DNA of 64,000 nucleotides from Bispira polyomma (Eukaryota): NCBI GenBank assembly GCA_965649765.1, contig OZ287750.1, positions 43,834,001 to 43,898,000 of the forward strand, read 5' to 3'. Shown piece by piece: positions 40,668 to 51,916 of this stretch (position 1 is its first letter; each line of letters starts with the position of its first letter). The notes under the pieces were generated by a model. It saw only the letters and a program-made list of their open reading frames with translations, ran no database searches and was not told where the DNA came from. The position numbers and the translations under genes were made by a program.

Positions 40668-42299
40668 TTAGGGCATATACACGTTTTAGACTGGAAACTA
40701 ACCTAGCATTGCTCTTGTGCTAACAATTTTACTTCCATTTGAAATTTTAGAAAACAAATTATAACATTTTTATTTGTGTTTTTATGGCTAAGTTTGCATG
40801 TGCGTTATTGATTTTTCTGGATACTCATTGGTTTTACATTAGAAACATGCGCTGCGATGCAAAAAAAGCCCCCATGTACCTGTTTTTCGCAATGCAATTG
40901 ACAGCGTCAAAATGCAACGCACTCTTCTAGAATCACAATGTAATGTGAGTTTTAACCTTATGTTTTCTTTGTAACCCTTTTTCGCATTGCAGCGTAGCAC
41001 ATCACAACACTATGTGAGTTTTGGGCTTTAGTTACATATTCCGTTGATAGTACATAAACTATACATATAGAGAAGAGTTTCTTGAGGTATGGAGTGAAAC
41101 CCAGGAGCTTTTTCAACAGCAAAAATGCACAACATAAAAATGCATTGTATTTGCAACTGGTGACAGATGTTTCATATTACCTGTGTTCGCACCTTAAACA
41201 AATGTTGAATTTTAAGGATTAATGAGTTTTTTTTATAACATTGCAGGTGCTAGTAATTGTCCTTTTAACCCATTTGTTTGTGAACCTGTTTCATCAATAG
41301 ACTCAACTATTGGTTCACCGAATGTTTAAAATGAATTACAGTTTTGAATATTGTTTCTGAGCTATGCCTCAATTATATTTCCGTTTGTCAATTTGCTTAT
41401 TATGAAGCTGATTGAAATTTTTTTTTTTTTTTTTTTGTAATTTGTAATAGTATGTAAATATCATTATTAAAGTAATAAAATAAAACATTAACAATTACAA
41501 CACTATTAACAATTATAAGAAAAAAAAGTCAGTCAGAACGGTTTAGTTCTTGGAATACTTAATCAATACTTTAGTTAGGAGTTCTTGTTATATTTAAACT
41601 AGTAAGATACTTAGTCCATATGTTATTGTTTAAGATATATTAAAGCATAACCTTTTTAAAAACAAAATTCAGTTCTGTTTTTTTTTCAATATTTCATTCT
41701 TACTACTGACGCCTCTGCACTATAACATTTCTAACAGCATTTCCATCACAATACACTTGTGTCATCTACTTAATCAATACTTTAATTAAGAATTCTTATT
41801 TGAATAAACACTAGCAAAAAAACTGAAGTCCTTAAGATATTGTTCTAGAGATATTTAAGCTTTTTCACATTTATTTATTTCACAGGTTTATTTTCAATCT
41901 TTTTTCTTTTTTTTAAACCTGTACACAATAACATTTCCATCAGTATTTTTTTACCATCTTAAACCACTGTGTTATATCTCAGAAGTAATGTATCTACTCC
42001 TGCATCTACACGGTGTGTTGTAAGAGTCCATATATCTTGTCTTCCGTTCACACAGATGTGATTTAGTACAGCTCTATTGGCAGCTGTATCAGTTCTGTAT
42101 CTGTGTTTGATTTATTATTGTAGAGTAGAATACACAGATGCCTCGCGTTAGACTTACTGAAGGTTAAATATCTTCTGTCAAATGCTCAAGAGGCATTGAG
42201 TGCATTACAAAAAGGAGTAATATAAATGTGTGCACGAATCACATATATAGTCAAGATTCTAATAATTTACATAAAATTTATGTAAAATAATTTACCAAC

Positions 42300-42515
42300 C
42301 AATATACGATCCCAGGAAACACTCACTGGCTTTAGAAGTAACCTTAAAACCCATCTCTTCACCCTCGCTTACCCTCCATAGAGATTTTCTTCTCCATGTC
42401 ACATATATTCTTTGGAAATGGACTACGATTTTAACAATTTTGTCAATGATGTTGCGGTTTAGAAGATGCCTGGCATCAGTTAGGCGCCTTAAAAATCTAT
42501 TATATCATATTATAC
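42300..42515 (+). mobile_element. L2-clade LINE extreme 3' end
   Basis: Reads IRSQETLTGFRSNLKTHLF, then a 3' UTR ending AAAATCTATTATAT; clearly homologous to 60140-60380. Confidence 0.8.
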
Positions 42516-42824
42516 ATCACAAAATCATATCTAATAGAGAGATGAGCCTTCATCAATTAAAACAATTATATACCAACTTGAAATAATGATATCACTTCAG
42601 AAAACTAGAAAGGCCAAGGTGTCAAAGTGTCAAGATGTAGAAAGAAAAAACGCATGTTCTTGTTCCAAAATAGAAAGAATTTATCTATGGTTAATGCCCC
42701 TTGCTCCACCAAATTGAGTTCCATATAAATCAGACCAGTAGTTTTGGTGTTATTCTATGTACACATGTATGCGGCTTCCGATATACGAGATAATATGCTG
42801 TAACACAACAGAAAATATGGTATA

Positions 42825-43265
42825 TGTTAGTACTGTAGGAAATATATGTTATATATGTTGGTGCAATAAGTAACCACAGAATACTAAGTAATATATTTTT
42901 TTATGTTGGTGCAATAAAAAACCAAAGGATACAAAGTAATATATAATATATGTTGTTGCAATAAGTAACCAAAGTAACATATGTTATAGGTTGGTGCAAT
43001 AAGTAATCAAAGTATACTAAGTTAGATATGTTATTGTTAGTATTATAGGTAACCAAAGTATACTAAGTAATATATATTCCATGTAGGTGTTATAGGTAAC
43101 CAAAGGATACTAGGTAATATATTATATATTAGTGTTATAGGTAACCAAAGGATACTAAATAATATATATTATATGTTGGTGCAATAAGTAACCAAAGGAT
43201 ACTGAGTAATATATGTCATATGTTAGTGCTATGGGTGACCAATGGATACTAAATAATATATATTT
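42825..43265. repeat. ~42-44 bp AT-rich minisatellite (~10 copies; degenerate continuation to ~43560)
   Basis: Repeated unit ATATGTTGGTGCAATAAGTAACCAAAGGATACTAAGTAATAT. Confidence 0.9.
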
Positions 43266-45541
43266 ATATTTTTTAGTAATTTCATAAAGCTCCCCTCTAA
43301 AATTTGGGTAAGGTCTGATGATATACAAGTAACCAAATGAGGCTTAGTTATTACATAGTTATTACACTTAGGAATTTAGGTAACCAAATGAGATTTTGTA
43401 GTCTTGGTTTTCTGTTTTACTCCTTGGGACTATAGGTGGCCAAATGAGGCTTGATAAGGCTAGTACTTTACAGGACATATTTGTGACCAAAACAGGCTTA
43501 GTAATATTTTAGGAATATGTCATAATCTGGAGGACTATTTGTGATACAAATAAACTTAGTAAAACTTTCTACTTTGTGGACAATAGCTGACCAAAAGGGT
43601 CGTTAGCAATTGGTTCTAACTTTTTTAGAATACATATATGTGAATACATGAATACACGGACAGTCACAATTTTCCTTTTGACCATTTTGTAAGGATAAGG
43701 AAATGATCTGAAGTGCAGCCAGTGAGTTCGACTGATGAAGATAGAGAGAGGCAACCGGTGAGCGCTGACGACAGCGGTGGATCAGTAGGACGGCGGCTGT
43801 ATTCACTGCCACTAGTCAAGTGGAAGGATGGTGTAATCTAGTTTAACATCTACACATCTTTCTTATGACTTTGTGTGTTGTAAAGATTGATTTTGTTTCT
43901 GCAACATTTCCCTCGTGGTTAACATCCTTAAAATCTGTCTATAAAACTTCTTTCTTTTTCTATTTAACAATAGAAAAACACACATTTGAAACCTCTACAT
44001 GTTGTTTGTTTTGTGTGTACACTTTTTTGTTGTTGCACAAATAAAAAACAGATTGTCAATAATAGATCAACTGGGGCGAGATACCTCTGAACACTTCATT
44101 TGACGTATAAAGAGGCTCTGACATCAATTTTTAGTGCAAAATGAATCTATATGTCAAATATTGAAATAAATCAACATGAACTGAGTTCCAGTATTTATAT
44201 ATTCCTTCTAGAGTTTACAATTGGTTCTTTCAAAATGAAATACTTGTCAGGGATATTTAAACAGATAGAAAGATATCGTAAGAGTTATTTTATAGAGAGA
44301 AAGAACATACACAAAATATGTTCATCTAAACGATTGTGTAGCAGACAAATTAATAGAAAGTTTAAACAAACTACATGCCATCTGTACATATTGGGGTCTA
44401 ACTCATTAAATTTACTTTATACAAGTTATATCTTAATTTTCGATTCAAAATTTATTAAAATTGTCCTTATTTTTTTTTGTGCCAGTCTAATGGTGGGCCC
44501 AATATATAGAATCTACCTCCCATCCCTCTTCAGACTTTTTCTTAGAAAAGCCTTTTCTATATATGCCGCATATTTCCTTCTCTGCTTGTAAAATATCTAT
44601 CACCACACACACACACACACACACACTCTTGTTTCTCTCACCTGAGCTGCTGCCAGCTGTTACTTTTACCAGACTTTGTTCCCAATTGCTTCTTCATTGA
44701 TAAAATGACAAGCCTCATTTGGTCCATTGTTAAAGATCTTACTGTAGCTTTATTTATCGGCAATTTTCTTACGCCAGACTCATAGTCTGTCATTAATCAT
44801 AAAAACATAGCATTGTTAAAACTGGCCCATTTTTAACCCCAAAAATAGTCCCTGACCATACTGTTACTGCCCGAGTTGTTTTTTAAATATTAGTACTTCA
44901 TTTTATCTTAGAATTCACACAATAGGAAGCATTTATTAGTACATATTACTAACCACGGTTGTTTTTTTTTAGCTTTTTTTAAAACCAACTCAAATCATAT
45001 AAAGTAGTACAATATACTTTTACATCTTTCAGGGATATACAAAATATAGTTCCAGCTCATTACTGGAAATTCAATAAAAGAAAACGAATCTGATATGAAA
45101 AGATCTGCAAACTCAGGGTTTCTTTACATAGTGAAATGAACAGACGACGAAAAAAAAGCAATAGCTGTTATTGCAGTTGTGAACAGTGAGCTGTTTGTAA
45201 AAGGGCGGGGAAAAAAGTCGTCTGCAACATAATCTTAGGTAAACAAAGGTGAATCGGGTGTATTTTGCTGTCTTGTACTTTGTGAAAGAATTCGATCAAA
45301 TAAACAAGGCACAGTTTTAATGGGATGCTTAGTTATTGACTGATATTCCTATTGTATTACAAAGGACAAATACAACAGCCAGCCTCTGTTTACTTAATCT
45401 TTCTTCTTGTTATTTCCCTTATTAAGTTTAATCTGCAGATCCCAGCACATTTCTGTAAAACCGATGTAAAAGTCAGTTTCTGTGAAAATATCCACAATAA
45501 ATTCGCTAAAATATTTTTTCGTGTCTTTTTTAATATATTAT

Positions 45542-45823
45542 TGTAATTTGTCCACTTACCCTGTGACAAAGTACAGGATACCAGTCTTTCTATTTGTAAG
45601 TAACAGTCTTCTTACTGTTGTCGGTAATAAAGGCTGTACCTGGCCTGTGGGGACAGCCCAGATACGATCTTCGAGTATTTTGTTTCTAACCAGTGTGGTT
45701 AGTTCAAAGATGGACGTGAAGACTGTTGCTTCCGGTTCATCGCTCCCGGTTGTTGGTAGAACTTCGGGGACGTACTAAACCTCGGATCGCAGAACGCTGT
45801 CGCGACCCGGGCTTCTCACTACA
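45542..45823 (-). repeat. 3' LTR
   Basis: TGTAATTTG...CTCACTACA; about 10 substitutions and no indels relative to 51635-51916. Confidence 0.95.
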
Positions 45824-45832
45824 TTCCCCTCT
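45824..45832 (-). promoter_or_regulatory. Polypurine tract (AGAGGGGAA)
   Basis: Purine run directly abutting the 3' LTR on the minus strand. Confidence 0.8.
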
Positions 45833-46143
45833 GTGATGTTTTTAGGCTGACCTGTCAGGATTTCAAACTAGACAAACATTTAGTTATTGCCACTGTGGTG
45901 GCAACAAAGGTTACAATGGGTGATCCTTTTAAAACTAGTTTAAATTGAAATTCATTGAATTTGATTCTATCAACTGCTTTAGGATTGTCTCTAGGTTAAT
46001 TACATATTTTTATCTTTGCTTTTATTTTTGATTTTTATCTTCATTTAAATAATACTAAGTGTCTTCAAATTTATATAAAAAACAATTTATGTCCATGCCA
46101 ACACCACTACATGACGGCCTGCCCTGCCACGACTCCCTCTCTC

Positions 46144-47350
46144 TCATCGAGAAATCTTGTAGAATCGCCACGCATTGCCTGAGGTGATCCTGATAACATC
46201 TTCCACCTCCAGACTTTTCAGGTCGGCGACTCGTTGAACAACACATAGTATGCCGAAAGAAAAGTTGAACTCACAGATAGCATGTTCAGGTTCTACTAAA
46301 TGAGATGGGTCAGTCTCAAGCTCACAGATAGCATGTTCAGGTACTACCAAATGAGATGGGTCAGTCTTAAGCTCACAGATAGCATGTTCAGGTGCTACCA
46401 AATGAGATGGGTCATCTCAAGCTCACAGGTACATGTTCAGGTGCTACCAAATGAGATGGGTCAGTCTCAAGCAAGATCTGATTCAATGGCAATTTTCCGA
46501 TGACCTCCTCCATCTTGTGATGACGCTCAGTCCTGAGGATTAAGGCTGTAAAGCCGAACATCACATTAGGAAAACTATTTTGCCACTTTTCCATCTCCTT
46601 TACTGGGCCATTGAAACAGTGCCTGTGTACTTTGCACTTGTTCTTATCACAGGCATGTAGTTTGTTTTCCATTGATTTTAAACACAAATCACTTGCGTCT
46701 GAAGAGTAATTATAATCCCTGTAATGGATGACCAGTACCTTTGACCACAGCTGCAGCTCAACGTAGAATGTTAGTATGTCCTCGAGAAGCTTTATCTGAT
46801 ACTCTATGAGGACTTTATGACTGGCAGTATGCTCTATTCCAATTCCACCAATGGCTACACACCCAGGCTCTTTGATAACTTTTTCCTTGATGGCGTCCAC
46901 CCTAGCTTTATTTACATATTTGGCATGCTTAGGATGTACACCAAAAGCAAAACTCAAGCGGTGGTCTCTTCTCAATACGCGGAGTCTATCCCATGTGGGT
47001 AATTCATCACAAAAGTTTGCGATGGTAGCATCAAGCTCTGCAGGCACATGGGACATCGGTCCTTTCCACATGGTGGCAATTAGTCTGTCCAGATGAGGTT
47101 TTCTCTGTAAACGATCAATGTGGAAGTGCGAGTCCACAAACGACATTTCATGGGAACTTCCCAGAATGGCCAATTTATTAGCTCGGATATCTGCTTCTTT
47201 GTAGTTGTAAGCAACACCAATTTTCTTTGGACAAGCTGATTTGCTGACTTTTGGGGACCCGGGGACCTCAATGGGTTCCTCAACAGCACCTGCATCTACT
47301 GCTTCTGCTGCCTTATCGCGATGTATGTGCAAAACAGCGTTCACGTTCAA
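46144..47350 (-). pseudogene. TatD-family (amidohydrolase TIM-barrel) nuclease ORF, disrupted by an internal tandem duplication and frameshift
   Basis: Motifs in TatD order: FVDSHFH, FGVHP, VAIGGIGIE (cf. AIGEIGLD), VIHYRD, HCFNG, LPLNQILLETDP, then VADLKSLEVEDVIRITSGNAWRFY in ORF 46144..46401. Confidence 0.9.
46270..46472. repeat. 51-bp tandem repeat (~4 copies) inside TatD; unit encodes ETDPSHLVAPEHAICEL
   Basis: AAATGAGATGGGTCAGTCTCAAGCTCACAGATAGCATGTTCAGGT.CTACC repeated; one copy is 2 nt short. Confidence 0.93.
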
Positions 47351-47384
47351 GAGGGATGGGCTGCTGCTACTGCCACCCCCTTTA

Positions 47385-50200
47385 CTAGTTTAAATGCACT
47401 ATTTTGGGGTTGCTACCCGAGTAACCACTGCGAGGTGGTGTGCCCTTCACATCCTTGAAACCTCTGCTCGGTGATTGCTTGGGAGAGTTCGATCCATAGC
47501 CCCCAAACGGCTCCTGTGACCCTGATCTCCAGTTAGGATCATCACTCCTTCTGGCCATTATCCCGACCCGGACTATATCTAACCCGGCTTGGGCTATATG
47601 TGGACCTATTAGGGCTGTAATACCTCTGCTGCTCTCTATGACGTCCTTCAAGATCATCATATCTGTAATTATCAGCTCTGTTATATTGACCATCACAATG
47701 CCCGGAACTGGCACGATTCGCCCTTGGACTACCTTGTGAGTATCCTCTCATAGGACAATCCCGTGCAAAATGTCCCCTGTAACCACACTCAAAACAAGTT
47801 ATTTGATTGAAACTTGATTGCTGCTGAGTCCTGGGTGGTGAACGGTTCATTCCACGCACTAACTCACTTATAGTCCTCTCTAGTAGATCCACTTTACTTT
47901 CCAGAGATGATTGGTCGGCAAACTGAACTTTTGGTTTCACATCAAAGTTCTTCAAAGGAGTAACTTGTCTGGCCTTGATATTTACAGCAACATCCCCATC
48001 TGAACTATCTGATTCAAATTGAAATTGCTGTACCATCTTGGCAGATGCCTTTTTACCATATATGGCCCTCCTCATATGCTGTTCCTGTTTCACATACTCG
48101 AATGCTTCCTCTAATGTCAAAGGAGACTTTGTACCAGCTGCTAACGCGGAATGTTTGTCTCTACAACCTTTTAAGAAAGCTTCAATAAACATCGCACAAT
48201 TCAACTGCTGCTGAGCTGCATCTGGATATGCGCTGATGATCATTTTCTGGAGTCTGGATAAAAACCTTTCCAATGATTCATCCTCCCTTTGCATCACTGC
48301 AAGTAACTCCCATCTAATAGTACTGGGAATATCTGTTTTCTCAAATGAGCTTCAAATTTCGTTTTTATTTCCTCGAAACTACCTTTTGCTTGAGCAGATA
48401 GGATGCGAAAGTACTCTGAAGCCTCTTTCCTCAAACACATGGAAAAAGCGTCAATCTTGTTGGCCTCTGTCCATGGCATGTTCCTGGCATACGTTTCAAA
48501 TTGTCCAATGAAACCTCTCCAGTACTCCCCTGAGAAAGTGAGTTTAGGAATATCTAAGCTTCCTCCATGTCTGACATTTCGAACTACCGATGAGATGCCA
48601 GTGTGACGTGCTGCAACTGATGACCTCTCTGCTTCACTTCCAGTTGAACTAGAAGCATCATCACCTTCAAAGTCAAACGTTACGTTGGTAACTGGGGGTT
48701 TGGTAGGACGTGATTTCTTGCCGGATGTCCTGTTTACAGCAGGTGGTTCATAAGACTTCCTGTCCCCTCTAACATAACGTGAATTAACTGTTCTTTCATT
48801 AAACACCTTTTTGTAAACTGCTTCAATTACAGGTGTGGATGACAGATTACCTGGAACACTGATCTGTGGATGAGGTGTACTGACTGGCTTTACTTGAGTC
48901 ATTGATACTGGTAGCTCATACCCAGTCCACTCCAAGTCCTTTTGCCATACCGATGGTAATGTAAAATCCAACCCATGTTTTTGTTTCAGTTCTGTAAGAC
49001 CAGCTGTCACCCGATTGCAAACCACTTTAGCCTCTTCGCGAAGAATATCCTCCTCGAATGCCTGTTTCTGCTCAACAAGCTGTCCAGCTCTTGCAACCAT
49101 ATCACTTCTAACTCCTTGTAGTTGCTGCACACGTTTTATTTGCACTTCCTTCTCCAGTAGATAGCGTTCCACGACAGAATCACGCTCTGTTTTCAAATCA
49201 GATAATTCCTGAAGAGATTTATTTAGATCCTCCTGTAGAGAATTACACTCGAGACTCTGTATTGCTACGGCATCGGTTAAAGGTGTGTGTGTAACCTGGG
49301 TCACTTTAACATCAAGATTTTGTACTTCTTGCTGTACACCTTCTACTTGCTGTTCCGCTGTCTGGATGAGCAATTTAATGTCACCCAAGTCCTTCTCTCC
49401 TGTAGCCACTTTCTGTTGAAGATGACTAATTTGTTCGTCTCTGCAGGCCAATTTATCCTGAACCTCTTTTTGGCTTTTCTCCACCTTTTGGCCCAATTTG
49501 ACAACCTCACCTTCCACCATATCACATTTGTCAGCGACTGGTTTAATGGCGACACCAAATTCCACCTTCATTTCCTCAAACTTTTTCCAAGCTACCTCAG
49601 CGCTTATATCCACCTTGATACCTAAGCCTGACAAAGTTTTGATGCAATCTGCCATCATGACATCCAAAGACTCAGTCTTTTTGTTTACCACTTCCAATGA
49701 CTTTTCAGTAATATCAAGTTTACTTGCCATGATGTCCAATTGTGACTCGACACCCACTGACTTGACCACATCCTGCTGTCCATCACCTGATGCGACTACT
49801 TCCTTCTTTGGTGACAATTGAAACAAAGATCCTTCAACTAGACCACCTGATGCGATAAGTCCCTGTGCCACCGAATCAACATGACACTTCTGTGAATCCT
49901 CCAAGTCACTATCTTCATCAATACTTGACAACTCTGATTTTCCTAACTCTGTACAGGTTTCAGAGCTTACCGAAAATGTCACTATTCCTGAGGTCAACAT
50001 CGCTTGTTAAGTTTGTCTGGAATATCAATTTCAGAAAACTGCTGTCTGGTCAGCTTCCCACCAAATCTTGCACGAGCTGCCACAATTTCCTCAGCTCTTT
50101 TGTCGCCAATTCCATGGAATGTTTTCAACATCTCCAGCGATACTGTCTCAATGTGAATCTGAGTTGCTTCAGCCATTCCACTTTTGTCGTTCCTTTCCAT
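47385..50200 (-). pseudogene. Gag-like polyprotein (N-terminal HhH, coiled coil, capsid-like region, CCHC knuckle, SPxR-rich tail), broken by frameshifts near 50003, 48343 and probably 47560
   Basis: PKLTFSGEYWRGFIGQFE...W...L...A...FEEIKTKFEAH-(F)EK...MQREDESLERFLSRL...AYP...FLKG is a Gypsy capsid pattern; CFECGYRGHFARDC is a zinc knuckle. Single-base repairs join ORFs 49994..50233, 48294..50000 and 47542..48297. Confidence 0.9.
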
Positions 50201-51617
50201 TGCTACTTGATTTCTGTAACAAACTTCTAGCAATAATTAAGTAACAGAATTGTAAAGATATGCAACTTGATTACTTAAGTAAGCTTTTAACTAATTACTA
50301 AATCACAGTGAAATGCAACTTAATTAACAGCTTCCGGCTTTCTTCTTCCTGAAAATTCTTAATAACTTCCAGTTAGCAAATTACATTAACATGCAACTTA
50401 ACTATTCATAGAGTTGTTATACACTAATTTATTTGATGTTCATGCAAATCAATTATTATGATTCACAAATTTAGTGCAACACTATATTTTGGTTTCAAAC
50501 CATTTTAGAATTTATTTAATTTTCAATGTATTTTAAATTGCTATTATTTTATGCAATTATTTGAAGCCAAACATAAAATTATCAGAAATTTATTTTCTTT
50601 TTCTGACAAATATAGTTGCCTAAATTTTAATTATATTTCCAAACTAACCAAATATCTGTGATAGGGATCTTAACTAGCACAGGTTAGTATTTCTTGAATA
50701 AAGTACTATTCAAATATATGGCAACTTTTAAATAAATATATATCAATAAATATTCAATATAAATTCAATATCAATAAATTACACAATATTTATGCAACTG
50801 TGCTATGAAAGAAATATCCTATTGATTAAATCAGACCGATTCCTTTCAGTTCAATATTCACAGCTACTAAATTATGCAATATCTACGTAACTGCACTATA
50901 TATCGACAGCTACCAAATTACATAATCTCTATGTAACTGCACTTTATCTAACAGTTACTAAATTGCACTGTTTATATGCAACTACTATAACCAAGTAATT
51001 TAACCACAATTACTTCAAATGTCACTGTTTTTCACCAATCAAATATCTGCCGACAGTGACTCGACACCAATAACTGTGTTTCAAATTACTTATTCAAAGC
51101 AAAATACACAGTTTCAATAGCAAGTATATATGCGACCATAAACCAGTAATGTCGCAATCTGTCAACTCACAAGTTTTAATATTTATCAATATTTTTGAAT
51201 CAGAATAACTACACTAATTCACATTAATTTACTTCTTAATTCAATATTCCACACAATAGCATGGACATTAATTTACTTTTAATATAATACTCCACACAAT
51301 AGTATGGACAGAAATGACAGTATGATTAATTACAGTAACCACACACCGTAACTTTTTTTTTTACATTAAATGGTCACAAATAATATTATTATGCTACTGA
51401 TAGAGTTGATTTATTTTGATATTAGCAGTGTAATCACGGTAATTTGATATACGAAAAAACCGCTAAATCACGGTAATATGATGTACGAAAAAACCGCTAA
51501 ATATATCTATCAAAATAAATTACAATGCTAATCAACTCTATATAAAATTATATATATGGTGTATTTATCACAACTTGATTCCCAGTTGTAAATTTGGCAC
51601 AAAATCCGCGCCAATTT

Positions 51618-51630
51618 ACTTCTGGTACCA
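51618..51630 (-). promoter_or_regulatory. Primer binding site TGGTACCAGAAGT (resembles the complement of a tRNA-Leu 3' end)
   Basis: Begins TGG 4 nt inside the 5' LTR; matches the complement of ...ACTTCTGGTA-CCA as in animal tRNA-Leu(TAA), from recall. Confidence 0.75.
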
Positions 51631-51634
51631 ATAT

Positions 51635-51916
51635 TGTAATTTGTCCACTTACCCTGTGACAAAGTACAGGATACCAGTCTTTCTATTTGTAAGTAACAGT
51701 CTTCTTACTGTTGTCGGTAATAATGGCTGTACCTGGCCTGTGGGGACAGCCCAGATACGATCTTCAAGTATTTTGTTTGTAACCAGTGTGGTTCGTTCAA
51801 AGATGGACGTGAAGACTGTCGCTTCCGGTTCGTCGCTCCCGATTGTTGGTAGAACTTCGGGGACATACTAAACCTCGGATCGCGGAAAGCTGTCGCGACC
51901 CGGGCTTCTCACTACA
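51635..51916 (-). repeat. 5' LTR
   Basis: 282-bp direct repeat of 45542-45823, with TG...CA termini. Confidence 0.95.

Larger units (their letters stand above)
45542..51916 (-). mobile_element. LTR retroelement (Ty3/Gypsy-like gag), non-autonomous: HhH-Gag plus TatD nuclease, no RT/RH/IN
   Basis: Two 282-bp direct repeats with TG...CA ends, a PBS next to the right LTR, a PPT next to the left LTR, gag with a CCHC knuckle, and a TatD ORF. Flanks TTAT/ATAT may be an imperfect 4-bp TSD. Confidence 0.93.

Noticed and set aside
41550-41860. Direct repeat pair (TACTTAATCAATACTTTA...) as solo or mini LTRs
   Set aside because: Diverged AT-rich local duplication without TG..CA ends, PBS or PPT.
44151-44591. 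146-aa ORF and other short ORFs in AT-rich DNA
   Set aside because: I/K/F/Y-biased composition typical of chance ORFs; no motifs or splice support.
45482-45778. Duplicated 98-aa ORFs (also 51575..51871)
   Set aside because: Antisense readings of the two LTRs; the similarity is explained by the LTR duplication.
45833-46143. Integrase or env remnant between TatD and the PPT
   Set aside because: No recognisable HHCC, DDE, GPY/F or TM motif; mostly AT-rich 3' UTR.
46270-46472. CRISPR-like array next to a nuclease
   Set aside because: Units are contiguous near-identical repeats without unique spacers, derive from TatD coding sequence, and the context is eukaryotic.
46144-47350. Bacterial contamination or a host TATDN gene
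   Set aside because: It lies between matched LTRs next to gag, within intron- and SINE-rich animal DNA, and is intronless and decayed. Its ultimate origin remains open.
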